Below, in pieces: positions 48,810 to 59,073 of a stretch of 64,000 bases of DNA. Numbering within the stretch: position 1 is the first letter of the stretch; every line of letters starts with the position of its first letter. The stretch comes from Chloroflexota bacterium (GTDB lineage Bacteria; Chloroflexota; Dehalococcoidia; Lucifugimonadales; UBA2985). Under the pieces are notes generated by a model that saw nothing but the letters and a program-made list of their open reading frames with translations, was not told the DNA's origin and did no database searches. The stretch is taken from the NCBI GenBank assembly GCA_027622595.1, contig JAQBZZ010000002.1, positions 31,663 to 95,662 of the forward strand. Reading direction: 5' to 3'. Position numbers and translations under genes: made by a program.

Positions 48810-50528
48810 ATGAACCGATCAGGTAATCCCGAATCTCGCATATACACGTCTACGCCTTATCGCAGGGATCAAAGGGGAATCGCCCCCATTGTCTTCATCG
48901 TCAGTGCGTTAGCAGTAATCCTCGCCACGGCAGGAGTGGCAGCCTACGTCTTCATTGATAGCACCAGCCATCCCAACGATTAGGCAGCCAGATACCTTCC
49001 CTCCGACACCGACATCTATTTCTCACTCAACCTGCGCCCAGGTGCCGAACAGCTCCTGCATGTCCGCAAGATCATCAGCCGCTATACGGATAACCCGGCC
49101 TTTCAAAGCAAAGTGGATGAGCTGGTGGAGACGGCGGAAAATGACACTGGAATCCATCTGATAGATGACGTGCTGCCCTGGCTGGGTCCTGAGATAGCCA
49201 TAGGGTTCATAGACGTGGGCGGCATCGGCGACAACCCTCAGGTGGTTGCCCTTGTCGGCACCAAGGACAAAGAGGCGGCTGAAACGGTCGTCAGGCATTT
49301 CGTGGACTTCCTGGAAGAAGAACAGGAGGCGGAGTTCCGCGAGGACACCTACAGGGGTTTCGTCACATTCGGCGATGTGGACGATGAACAGGGAAACTTC
49401 GCCATCACCGATAGTTACCTGGTGTTCACCACCTCAGAACAGCTCTTAAAAGACACGATAGACATGATGGAGGAGTCTGTGGACGCTCTATCTGACAAGA
49501 CGGAGTTCAAAGAGGCACGGGACTCTGTACGGGAAGAGCGTTTCTCATTCCTGTATGTGGATGTGGAAAGCATTATCAGGCAGTCCCGCGTCGCTACCTC
49601 GGCTGCAGATGCAGGAGAGGCTCTAGCGCAGGTGGAGGACAGGCTTCCAGAGATACTTGGCGTATCCGGCTCCTTCGTGGATAACGGCCTCAGGGTAGAC
49701 GGTTACTATCAGACACCTTCGGGAATCACGGTCATTCCATCTGCCAACCCTCTAGGCTCGGCTGCCCTACTCCCGGATGATTCTCTTGCCCTTCTTTCTG
49801 TCACTGGCCTGAAGGAGACTTTGGAGGATGCCCTCGCCGACATGGAGGGGGATACGACCCTTGGCTTCGACATCCAGGACAGTCTGGATGGAATCGAGTA
49901 CCTCTTCGGAATAGATATAGAGCAAAGTGTCCTGGGGTTGTTGGCAGGAGAGGTGGCCATTGCCCTTTTACCAAGCGACTTTTCCTTCGATATAGTCGGT
50001 GGTTACCTGGAAGCGTTTCATGCCCTGGCCCTGTTTGAATTTGATGAGCGCGCAGACGCCGAAGTAGCCCTGAACAACCTGGTGGAGACCCTACAGGGCT
50101 TCGGAGTACCCTTTGATGAGGTGGACATTGAGGGCGAGGTGGCAACACTGGCGGACTTGCGGGCGTTTTTGGGTGACGAAACCGGCTATACCCCAGGCCT
50201 TATGGTACTTGGCGATTACCTTGTCCTTGGCACCACAGACCTGACCCTCCGCACGGCCGTGAGGGTGCGAGACGGTGATGAGCCTTCTCTATCCAATGAA
50301 GAGGAGTTCTCTCGTGTGGTGGATATGGCCCCGGACGGCAAGAACTCCATCCTGTATCTCAACATTGAGGAAATGGTTGGAGATGCGTTAAAGGCCCAGT
50401 CACCTTCGGACAGGGAGTCCTACCGGGAGAACGCCGCGCCCTTCCTTGACCCGCTGCGAGTATTCCTGGCAGGAGTTTCGACCAACACGGGGACCACCAC
50501 GTTCACCACCGTAATCACCATTGAATGA
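48810..50528 (+). pseudogene. DUF3352-like membrane-anchored protein with an in-frame TAG at codon 58
   Basis: From the ATG at 48810: MNRSGNPESRIYTSTPYRRDQRGIAPIVFIVSALAVILATAGVAAYVFIDSTSHPND*AARYLPSDTDIYFSLNLRPGAEQ... The TAG is at 48981-48983. It is in frame with ORF 49113..50528 (DDVLPWLGPEIAIGF...). Confidence 0.6.
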
Positions 50529-50561
50529 GCTATTATCCCGCTAGAACACCTACATTATCCA

Positions 50562-50655
50562 TGTCATTCTGAGGCAGCATAGCGACCGAAGAATCTAAGA
50601 CATATCACTTTGCCTAGACAGAAGCTTTAGATTCTTCGCTTCGCTCAGAATGACA
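50562..50655. repeat. inverted-terminus repeat element (cleanest copy of the TGTCAYNCTGAG family)
   Basis: TGTCATTCTGAGGCAGCATAGCGACCGAAGAATCTAAG ... CTTTAGATTCTTCGCTTCGCTCAGAATGACA. Confidence 0.8.
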
Positions 50656-50706
50656 TGACACCAGAGCCATATCAGCACCCTTAAGTGAGTGGGTTTAAAC
50701 CTTCGC

Positions 50707-52830
50707 TCATGGTGACAGGGAAAAACCAGAGGGTATATCTGTAGCCCGGCCCCGGCCCCTTAGCTGCTGCGCCAGTGCTTCCGGCTCCGTCACCGGCTGC
50801 TGGCACACGTAATTCTGGCACACGAAGGCGGTTGGAGAGCCGTTCCTCATATCCTTGTCTTCCAGTAGCGGAATATCGGGATATGAGTCAGCGTCCAGTG
50901 GATTGTAGCCTGCCAGGACTTTGTTGGGCAGGTAGGTCTCGTGGATACAGTCCACCAGAGCCTGGGTAGCCGCTTGCTCCCGTGGCCCGATCACGGCGAT
51001 CTCCGCGGGCGAGGAGAGATAGAAGTCAAGTGCCGCCAGCCAGTGTCCTGCGCCCTGTGGAGCACGGTTGATGAACTCCTGTACAGACCTGAGCGCCGAC
51101 GTAGCCTTACTGGCGTAGGCACTTTCTCCATTAAATATGGCGAGCCGCAAGAGGACATCCGAGGCCATCGAGCTGCCGCAGGGCATGGCGCTATCGCCGA
51201 TGTCCCTTGGCCTGATGAGCAGGGCTTCGTGGTCAAGGCCGGTGTCGTAAAAGACGCCATCTTCCTCGTCCCAGAACAGCTCGATCATCTGATTGGCCAA
51301 GACCTTGGCCTCTTTGAGCCAGGAGTAGTCGAAAGTAGCTTCATAGAGGGCGAGGAGGCCGTCTATGAGGCAGGCGTAGTCCTCCAGGTAGCCCTTGAGC
51401 TTGGCCTGGCCGTCCTTATAGGTGCGGAGCAGTCGCTGGCCGTCACGCATGTTTTGCAGAATAAATGAGGCATTTGCGATGGCCGCCTGTAGGTAGTCGT
51501 CCCGATGGAGGATGGCTGCGCCCCTGGCCATGCTGTACAGCATGAGGCCGTTCCAGGACGTGAGGACTTTGGTGTCCTTTGCGGGAGGGATACGCTGGCC
51601 CCTGGCCTCCAGGAGAACAGCCTTGCCACGCTCAACCACGCTCATAAGGTTTCCCGGCTCCATGCCCAAATCATGGGCGACCTCTGAAGCATCCTGTGGG
51701 CGGTGCAGTATGCTTCGACCCTCGAAGTTGCCCTCGTGAGCAACGCCAAAGTAGTTTTGCAAAACGGCAGCATCCTGGCTCCCTACGGCCTTCTCGATTT
51801 CGCCGGGAGTCCACACAAAATACTTGCCTTCCTCTCCTTCGCTATCGGCGTCCTGGGTGGAGTAGAAACCGCCCTTGGAGTCGGTCATCTCCCTCAGGAC
51901 GTAGTCGAGAGTCTCCTGGGCGATGCTGCGGTAGAAGGAGTCCCCTGTAGCTTGATACGAATGAAGAAATAAACGGCTCAGGAGGGCGTTGTCGTAGAGC
52001 ATCTTCTCGAAGTGGGGCACAAGCCAGAAGGGGTCGGTGGAGTAGCGATGGAATCCCCCTCCAAGATGGTCGTAGATACCGCCACGGGCCATGCGTTCCA
52101 GGGTGGTCTCCACCATGCCAAGGGCCTGCGGGTCTCCGGTGCGGCGATGATGTCGCAGGAGGAACTCCAGTACCATCGGCTGTGGAAACTTGGGAGCGGT
52201 CCCAAAGCCTCCGTGCTCGACATCGAAGTTAGTTGCCAGACCGCGATACGCCTGGGAAAGAATTTCCTGGGTCAACGGCTCCCGGCTCTCCCCGAACTTG
52301 CCAGCCGTCTTTATGACGGAGGTTATCTGCTCCACCGACTGCGCAACATCGTTGGGACGGTCATTGTATGCCCCGGCTACGGCAGTGAGTACCTGGGGGA
52401 AACCTGGCATGCCGTGGCGTTCCTCCGGAGGAAAGTATGTACCTCCGTAAAACGGCTCCCCCTTGGGAGTGAGGAAGACCGAAAGAGGCCATCCGCCACG
52501 ACCGTTCATGGCCTGTATGGCCATCATGTAGATGGAGTCCACGTCCGGGCGCTCTTCTCTATCCACCTTTATGCTGACGAAGCTCTGGTTCATCAAGCGG
52601 GCTATTTCGGGATTCTCAAAGGACTCCCGTTCCATGACGTGACACCAGTGGCAGGCGGAGTAGCCGATGCTGAGGAAGATGGGCTTGTCTTCCTCACGCG
52701 CTCTTTGAAACGCCCCTTCTCCCCAGGGATACCAGTCCACGGGGTTATTGGCGTGCTGGAGCAGATATGGACTGGTCTCGTTGGCTAGTCGGTTGGTCAT
52801 TTGCTCTCCATTCGGGGGCTTTTCATGCAT
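50707..52830 (-). CDS. thioredoxin-domain (DUF255) / N-acylglucosamine-epimerase-like protein
   Basis: 707 aa with [22 protein letters not shown] and [14 protein letters not shown]. Confidence 0.88.
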   Translation of the reverse strand: MHEKPPNGEQMTNRLANETSPYLLQHANNPVDWYPWGEGAFQRAREEDKPIFLSIGYSACHWCHVMERESFENPEIARLMNQSFVSIKVDREERPDVDSIYMMAIQAMNGRGGWPLSVFLTPKGEPFYGGTYFPPEERHGMPGFPQVLTAVAGAYNDRPNDVAQSVEQITSVIKTAGKFGESREPLTQEILSQAYRGLATNFDVEHGGFGTAPKFPQPMVLEFLLRHHRRTGDPQALGMVETTLERMARGGIYDHLGGGFHRYSTDPFWLVPHFEKMLYDNALLSRLFLHSYQATGDSFYRSIAQETLDYVLREMTDSKGGFYSTQDADSEGEEGKYFVWTPGEIEKAVGSQDAAVLQNYFGVAHEGNFEGRSILHRPQDASEVAHDLGMEPGNLMSVVERGKAVLLEARGQRIPPAKDTKVLTSWNGLMLYSMARGAAILHRDDYLQAAIANASFILQNMRDGQRLLRTYKDGQAKLKGYLEDYACLIDGLLALYEATFDYSWLKEAKVLANQMIELFWDEEDGVFYDTGLDHEALLIRPRDIGDSAMPCGSSMASDVLLRLAIFNGESAYASKATSALRSVQEFINRAPQGAGHWLAALDFYLSSPAEIAVIGPREQAATQALVDCIHETYLPNKVLAGYNPLDADSYPDIPLLEDKDMRNGSPTAFVCQNYVCQQPVTEPEALAQQLRGRGRATDIPSGFSLSP

Positions 52831-53448
52831 TATAGATTCTTTTATTCACTTGCCATTCTCTCAGATTTCACTGCCGGTTGAAATGGTCTTTTGAAATGAT
52901 GTAGGGCTAGCTCATAGCAATGGCTATGGAGGTCGCCGCCGAAGCCGCCAGGGGAGCCGCATAGGGGGCTTTCGGTGGCTAGAGAGTAGTGTGACCGGGG
53001 GAATGGCTAAATGGGCGGCATCCCAGCCCTGGAAGCGCAGGCACAAAACTCGTTCACGGTCTTTGTGGTGAAAAATCGTTGGCCCATATAGCCACGAGAA
53101 GGCGAGTCTTTCCCCTGGGGGAATGAAAAACCATTGAATTATATGCCCGAAAATCAAGCAGAAATTGGGTGCACACCCTATTTTGTGGTATTTTGTGTGT
53201 AATGCACTAGATAGCGGTCATGAAGCTTGGAGCTTCGTATATCTGGCGTGACCGTCTTAGCAGCGATTTTGCCTGGGCGGGGAGGCCCCTGCATTTTTGC
53301 CCAAAATCACACCTGGTGTGCATAGGCAGTTTTTTCATCACGCCTCCCTCACCACGCCCGCCTTTGGGCCAATGCTGAGAAACGTGAGGATTGCACTTAT
53401 GTAGGGAAATGTATAAAATCCTCTATAACGTGCCCCAAAGGGAGATTC

Positions 53449-54072
53449 ATGGTAGTAATTGGGCTAGCCGGAGGAATAGGTACAGGAAAGAGTGCGGTGT
53501 CGCGCATCCTGGAGGAGTTGGGGGCAGTTGTGCTGGATGCGGACAAGTTTGGGCATGAAGTGTACCTACCCAACACAGATGGACTGAGAGAGGTCGTCGC
53601 CGCCTTTGGCGAGGACGTCCTTCTACCAAGTGGAGAGGTCGACCGGCGCGCGCTGGGCGGCAAGGTATTTGGAAACCCCGAGGCCATGGGGAAGCTCAAC
53701 TCCATCGCCTGGCCCCGCATACGGCAGAAGCTCATGGACGGCATAGAGGAGCAGAGGAGCGCAGGCACCCAGGTCGTTGTGCTTGATGCGGCGGTTCTCA
53801 TAGAAGCGGGGTGGACGGACGCTGCCGACGAAGTCTGGGTAGTCACGGCTCCTGAGACCGATGTCGTACAGCGAATTCAGGCCCGTAATAACATTACGGA
53901 AGAGCAGGTGCGTGCCCGTATGAGTTCTCAGATGTCCACCGGGGAAAGAGTAAAACACGCGGACGTTATCGTGGAAAATAATGGCGACCTGGAGGGTCTG
54001 CGACGCAAGGTAGAGACGTTGTGGGAAGACCGCCTGGTCAGCAAGGGACTTGCGGGGAAACACAATGACTGA
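53449..54072 (+). CDS. coaE: dephospho-CoA kinase
   Basis: 207 aa with [12 protein letters not shown]. Confidence 0.9.
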   Translation: MVVIGLAGGIGTGKSAVSRILEELGAVVLDADKFGHEVYLPNTDGLREVVAAFGEDVLLPSGEVDRRALGGKVFGNPEAMGKLNSIAWPRIRQKLMDGIEEQRSAGTQVVVLDAAVLIEAGWTDAADEVWVVTAPETDVVQRIQARNNITEEQVRARMSSQMSTGERVKHADVIVENNGDLEGLRRKVETLWEDRLVSKGLAGKHND

Positions 54073-54955
54073 GAAACAAACGTATACCTCCTATAAGACA
54101 GAGGAATACATAATCAAAGAGGAGCCGTTCTATCTGCCGGTGGCAGACGAGGTGGAGCTGTTTGAGGTGGCATACTCTCAGCAGTTGCCCATCTTGCTGA
54201 AAGGGCCCACCGGGACTGGAAAGACCCGCTTTGTCGAGTACATGTGCTATCGTCTGGGACGTCCGCTCACCAAGATAACCAGAAGCACGGGGGATGGGAA
54301 GCAGCCTTCCGCTTCCGGTAGCATTCCGTTGATGACCATAGCCTGCCACGAAGACCTCACCGCCAGCGACCTGGTGGGCCGATACCTTCTTGAGGGGGAC
54401 GAGACCAAATGGATGGACGGCCCTCTGGCCAGGGCGGTCAAGGTAGGAGCCATCTGCTATCTGGACGAGGTGGTGGAGGCACGCAAGGATACGACCGTCC
54501 TGATTCATCCTCTTACAGACCATCGGCGATTCCTTCCCATAGATAAGAGGGGAGAGATCATTGAGGCACACGAACGGTTTCTACTGGTCCTATCCTACAA
54601 CCCCGGCTATCAGAGCGCTCTCAAGGACTTGAAGCACAGCACCCGACAGCGCTTCATGGCGTTGGAATTCAGTGCGCCTCCGGCAGAGTTGGAAGCCAAG
54701 ATAGTGGAGCATGAGAGCGGGGCATCTCCGGAAATGTCTCTGGCACTCGCAAAGCTTGGAGAAAAGACACGCAATCTCAAGGATCACGGTCTCCAGGAGG
54801 GTGTTGGCACAAGGCTGCTGATATACGCTGGCAAGCTGATAAATAACGGGATAGCTCCCAGGCGGGCGTGTCAGGTAGCCGTGACCTGGGCACTCACAGA
54901 CGATGTCCAGTTGCAACGCAGCATTGATGAGGTAGTCCACTCAATCTTTGAGTAG
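54065..54955 (+). CDS. CbbQ/NirQ/NorQ (MoxR-class) AAA+ ATPase
   Basis: Walker [10 protein letters not shown] and Walker [19 protein letters not shown] and RQRF are typical of the CbbQ/NorQ group. The ATG at 54065 overlaps the coaE stop (ATGACTGA). Confidence 0.85.
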   Translation: MTEKQTYTSYKTEEYIIKEEPFYLPVADEVELFEVAYSQQLPILLKGPTGTGKTRFVEYMCYRLGRPLTKITRSTGDGKQPSASGSIPLMTIACHEDLTASDLVGRYLLEGDETKWMDGPLARAVKVGAICYLDEVVEARKDTTVLIHPLTDHRRFLPIDKRGEIIEAHERFLLVLSYNPGYQSALKDLKHSTRQRFMALEFSAPPAELEAKIVEHESGASPEMSLALAKLGEKTRNLKDHGLQEGVGTRLLIYAGKLINNGIAPRRACQVAVTWALTDDVQLQRSIDEVVHSIFE

Positions 54956-55114
54956 CTCTGGCTTCGAGTAGCTCTGGACAGATAATGACCTGCCCCTGTA
55001 TAAATCTCGGTGGGACACGCAGAACCCCACGGCAGGCACATCTGAAGCCCCGGGCATTCATTGACACTCGGGGCGGGAGAGCTTCCCCCCAATGTTCCGA
55101 TGCCAATGTCCTAG

Positions 55115-55768
55115 TTGAGGGTGTCTCCAAGCCCTGGCTGGAACCATCCCAAACCTACACTCAAGGGGCAAACCATAAATAAAGTGCAAGGAACTCTCGA
55201 TTCCATAAGGGATGTCCTGACCGCTTCCAACTCCCTTTCCATTGGTGATGCCAGTGACGATCCAGCCCTGGTGCAAGCCGGGGTGCTCCTGCTAACGTAC
55301 CTCAAGGACGGGGAGGTCTGTGTCCTTCTGAACAAGCGCACAGACAGGGTGGAGCATCATAAAGGAGAGATATCCTTTCCGGGTGGTGCAAGGGACCCTG
55401 AGGATGCCACCATTCTGGATACAGCCCTCAGGGAAGCCCATGAGGAGATGGGAGTCGAAAGGGAAGACGTTGAGGTACTGTGCAGGCTGGACCAGGTCTC
55501 CACCCCGAGCAGGTTTGTGATTACTCCCTTTGTGGGAACCATACGGCCAGCCTACCCTTTCCATGCCAGCCGGAGTGAAGTGGAGGAGGTGCTTGAAGTT
55601 CCCCTGTCGGTTCTCCTTGACCCAGCCAACTGGCGGGAGGTGGTAATGAACAACGGACGCGGACGGAGCGGAGGCATTGCCTACGCCTATGGCGAACATC
55701 TGATATGGGGAGCCACGGCCAGAATCCTGACCCAGTTTCTATTGCTCATAGCTCCAAGCTTACGGTAG
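55115..55768 (+). CDS. NUDIX hydrolase (CoA pyrophosphatase-like); start uncertain
   Basis: Nudix box GGARDPEDATILDTALREAHEEMGV. Only TTG/GTG start candidates are available. Confidence 0.75.
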   Translation: MRVSPSPGWNHPKPTLKGQTINKVQGTLDSIRDVLTASNSLSIGDASDDPALVQAGVLLLTYLKDGEVCVLLNKRTDRVEHHKGEISFPGGARDPEDATILDTALREAHEEMGVEREDVEVLCRLDQVSTPSRFVITPFVGTIRPAYPFHASRSEVEEVLEVPLSVLLDPANWREVVMNNGRGRSGGIAYAYGEHLIWGATARILTQFLLLIAPSLR

Positions 55769-55775
55769 GTGTTTA

Positions 55776-58700
55776 GTGGCCTTATCGACTTACGAAGAAA
55801 AGTTCCAGCAGTTTCCCAAAGAGCTCACGGAAGCCCTTAGCGAGGCCTGGGAGGCTGTTGCTAAAGTGCTAACTGGGGAGGAGATAGAGGCCTGGGCCGA
55901 TTCGGGCCTGACCATAGCTCAATTGGAAGGGCGGTCATGGGAAGCTGCCAAAGAGTACTTCAAAGCAAGTCCGGCAATGGTGCAAGCCATTCCATTTGTC
56001 CACCTCAAACAGTGGGGCCACTGGGGCAACACCCTGGCCGAGGAGTCCGCCGCCGTCTCCATGGCTTACTTCAAGGCCAGCCCACAGGTTGCCAAGCTCC
56101 TTAAACCCTGGGACGTGCCTGAGTGGGCGCAGCTGGGGAAAAAGCTATACAGCAGAGGTAGACGGGCCGGGGTACTCAGCACTCGATACTTCGAGGTCAC
56201 CGGAGACATACTAAGAGTCCTGTCCTTCAGCGAACTTCAGCACCTGGTGGTCCTGGTAGAGTCCATTGCCGAGAGGTCTGCGGACGAGGCCATAGCATTT
56301 CTCTCCATATCCAGGGATGTTTTGCCGTCCCTCAGAGAGGACACCAGGCCTTGTTTGTCCCTCGTTTCCATCCTGGTGAGGGAGGACTGGCAACAGGCGA
56401 CTGGCTGTCTGGAGGTGGTGGAAGAGGCGCTGTCACGAGTTGAGCGTGTGGAGCGCTCCAGATACCTCGCACTGGCGGGGCGGGTTGCCGAGAGAGGCGA
56501 TATAAACATACCTGCTTTCCTCCGTGAAAGCTCTGCCGCCTTGGGGCAGATAGATGGGTTTATCCACATCCACATCCTCAACATGGCTGACACTCTATCC
56601 AGGACCAACGCCGAGGTTGTTTTGGACTACATCAAGGGAGTCCCCCAAGTGCTCCGGCGGGTAAGCATCAATCAGCTTGAAACCTGGTTTGAGACGGGAG
56701 TCAAGGTACTGGCGGATAACGCCGAAGGAGGAGCCGCCTTTTTCAGTGGTGAATCCACCCGCTCTGAGGAAGTGTTGGAAAGACTCTCGATGGGGGTTGA
56801 GCTAGGCCGCGTCAAAGAGGTCATGCGTCTGTACTGCCGCGCCTTGTCAGCCCTGGATGTGGAGATCGCCCCCCATGTCAAGGAGGACTCTCAGGGCAAG
56901 GGATGGGTGGCCCTGGAGAAAATGATGGCAGAGGGAGCCACTGTGTACCTTCCACCCGTGGCGGAGCGGTTTAACAACAAGGAAGAAAACTTTGACTGGT
57001 ACAAGGTTGTGGCTACCCATCAGGTTGCTCACCTGGAGTTCCAGAGTTTCAATTTCTCTTTCGATACCCCTGCGACCCAGTTTTCAGACATGCGAAACCA
57101 GCTTGTCACGTCGGTTCCAGAGGCGGCCCCCGCTGACGAACAGGATGGTGCGCCAGATGGTACCGAGGACGAGCAGGCCATCGGTCTTGCGGACATACAG
57201 CGTTTCTTCGCCATGTTCGTGGATGGCATGCTGGCCCGTGACATATTCACTGCTGTGGAGGACTGCCGTCTGGACCACCGGGTCAAGATAGAGTATCCAG
57301 GCATACGCCAGGCGTATACGAATGTCCAGAGACAGTCCCTGGCAGACCGCCCCGTGATAGAGGAACTGCCGGCCAGGGAAGCCCTGGTGGAACTACTGAT
57401 ACGCTTCAGCCTTCAGCAAGGCAGGGAGCTGATGGTGCCGGAACGGTACTCGGTGTGGGCAAAGACGCTCTGGGACATAGTGAAACCGTTGTCCAGGCCC
57501 CAGGCATTGGTGGAGGACAGCGCGGAAGCTACCATACGCCTATATAAGATTATCTCCCAGATCCCCAATGAAGATGTGCCACAGGAAGAGTGGGAGCAGA
57601 ACGACTTCCAGGACGAGCAGTCGGGAGGAGATGGGATTGATGAGGAGCAATTGGAACAGATGCTCAAAGACCTCATGGAGTCCCAGCAATCAGCAGAGGA
57701 TGGAGAGGAACAACCCTACCAGTCTCCACCACAGGTGGACTACCGGGGCGACTTCAAGCCTGAGCTAATGCAGGTAATCTCCATGCTGCGGGAGTCTCAA
57801 AAGGAACGCGGAGCCAAGGGCGACACCATCTCCAAGGAAGAGATGGAAAGGCTTCTGGCCGAGGCGAACCAGCCTGTCAGTCAAAGTGAAGTTGGAGACC
57901 TGAAGCGCCAGGGGATAATTGTCACGGACGAGATCAAAGAGGCAGGTTCAAAGGGAACTCCCCAAAGGACCGTTCAGCAGAGCAACTATTCCTACGACCC
58001 AAGCTTCGACGAAGAGGAGCAGGGCGGCCCGCTGGAGATCAAAGCGCCGGATGCCTTTCTCTACGATGAGTGGGACTATCGGATGTCCGATTATAGATCG
58101 CGCTGGTGCCTGCTGCGCGAGAAGGATATGGCGGAAGGCGACTCGGCATACTTCAACACGACCCTGGAAAGTTACGCAGCTCTGGCATCACAGATAAGGC
58201 GTCAGTTTGAGCTTATGATGCCTCAGGGACTTCAAAAGATGAAGAGGCAACAGGACGGCGATGAACTCGAACTCGACGCCGTGATTGAGGCCATGGTTGA
58301 TAAGCGCTCGGGGACTTCCCCATCGGAGAAGGTGTACCTACGCCGCAACAAGGTCCAGCGAGACGTGGCTGTGGTCTTCCTGCTTGATATGAGCGCTTCC
58401 ACAGCGGAGGCCATAGATGAGTCCCGGCGTCTGGCCGATGAGTGGGACGCACCCGACGACCCTCTGGAGTACATGTTTTGGTTGCGCAGCCGTAGAGGCG
58501 AGGGTGTGCGGCGAAGCTACAAGCGAATAGTCGATCTGGAGAAGGAGAGCCTTGTGCTCCTGATTCATGCCCTGGAGACCATCGGCGATACGTACGGTAT
58601 CTACGGCTTTTCGGGGTACGGGCGGGAGAACGTAGACTTCTTCGTAATCAAGGACCTTCAAGAGCCACTATCGGAGAAGGTCAAACGACGCATCGACAAG

Positions 58701-59048
58701 GTGTCGCCGCTACAGGCCACACGCATGGGGCCAGCAATTCGCCACGCTGTTGTCAAGCTGGATAGGCTGGACGCCCGCACCAAGTTTCTCATCCTCATCA
58801 GCGACGGCCGGCCCCAGGACCGGGGATACAGCCGGGAGGGCGTGGAGAAAGAGTACGCCCTTCACGATACCAGGATATCCCTCATAGAGGCCCGCAGGAA
58901 GGGAATTACACCCTTCTGCCTGACGGTGGATAAGGAAGGCCATGACTACCTGAGGGCTATGTGTCAGGACATGGGTTATGAGGTGCTGGCAGACATCCAC
59001 TCTCTGCCGAGGCGCTTGCCGGCTCTGTACCGCCGACTGACCGTGTAG
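55776..59048 (+). CDS. large vWA-domain protein (CbbO/NorD-like partner of the AAA+ ATPase)
   Basis: 1090 aa. C-terminal vWA domain with the MIDAS motif LLDMSAS, an acidic central region and a duplicated YFKASP motif near the N-terminus. Confidence 0.75.
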   Translation: MALSTYEEKFQQFPKELTEALSEAWEAVAKVLTGEEIEAWADSGLTIAQLEGRSWEAAKEYFKASPAMVQAIPFVHLKQWGHWGNTLAEESAAVSMAYFKASPQVAKLLKPWDVPEWAQLGKKLYSRGRRAGVLSTRYFEVTGDILRVLSFSELQHLVVLVESIAERSADEAIAFLSISRDVLPSLREDTRPCLSLVSILVREDWQQATGCLEVVEEALSRVERVERSRYLALAGRVAERGDINIPAFLRESSAALGQIDGFIHIHILNMADTLSRTNAEVVLDYIKGVPQVLRRVSINQLETWFETGVKVLADNAEGGAAFFSGESTRSEEVLERLSMGVELGRVKEVMRLYCRALSALDVEIAPHVKEDSQGKGWVALEKMMAEGATVYLPPVAERFNNKEENFDWYKVVATHQVAHLEFQSFNFSFDTPATQFSDMRNQLVTSVPEAAPADEQDGAPDGTEDEQAIGLADIQRFFAMFVDGMLARDIFTAVEDCRLDHRVKIEYPGIRQAYTNVQRQSLADRPVIEELPAREALVELLIRFSLQQGRELMVPERYSVWAKTLWDIVKPLSRPQALVEDSAEATIRLYKIISQIPNEDVPQEEWEQNDFQDEQSGGDGIDEEQLEQMLKDLMESQQSAEDGEEQPYQSPPQVDYRGDFKPELMQVISMLRESQKERGAKGDTISKEEMERLLAEANQPVSQSEVGDLKRQGIIVTDEIKEAGSKGTPQRTVQQSNYSYDPSFDEEEQGGPLEIKAPDAFLYDEWDYRMSDYRSRWCLLREKDMAEGDSAYFNTTLESYAALASQIRRQFELMMPQGLQKMKRQQDGDELELDAVIEAMVDKRSGTSPSEKVYLRRNKVQRDVAVVFLLDMSASTAEAIDESRRLADEWDAPDDPLEYMFWLRSRRGEGVRRSYKRIVDLEKESLVLLIHALETIGDTYGIYGFSGYGRENVDFFVIKDLQEPLSEKVKRRIDKVSPLQATRMGPAIRHAVVKLDRLDARTKFLILISDGRPQDRGYSREGVEKEYALHDTRISLIEARRKGITPFCLTVDKEGHDYLRAMCQDMGYEVLADIHSLPRRLPALYRRLTV

Positions 59049-59073
59049 CACAACCGCCGGAGTGCGCTACCTC

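Noticed and set aside
52924-53157. 77-aa minus-strand ORF in the long gap upstream of coaE
   Set aside because: It has no ribosome-binding site and no motif, and its Arg/Pro/Trp-rich composition is typical of a non-coding frame.
53308-53320. 6-1-6 palindromes CACACCTGGTGTG (53308-53320) and TGTGAGTCTCACA (18496-18508) as operator sites
   Set aside because: About 16 such perfect 6-1-6 palindromes are expected by chance in a window of this size, and I know of no matching regulator motif.
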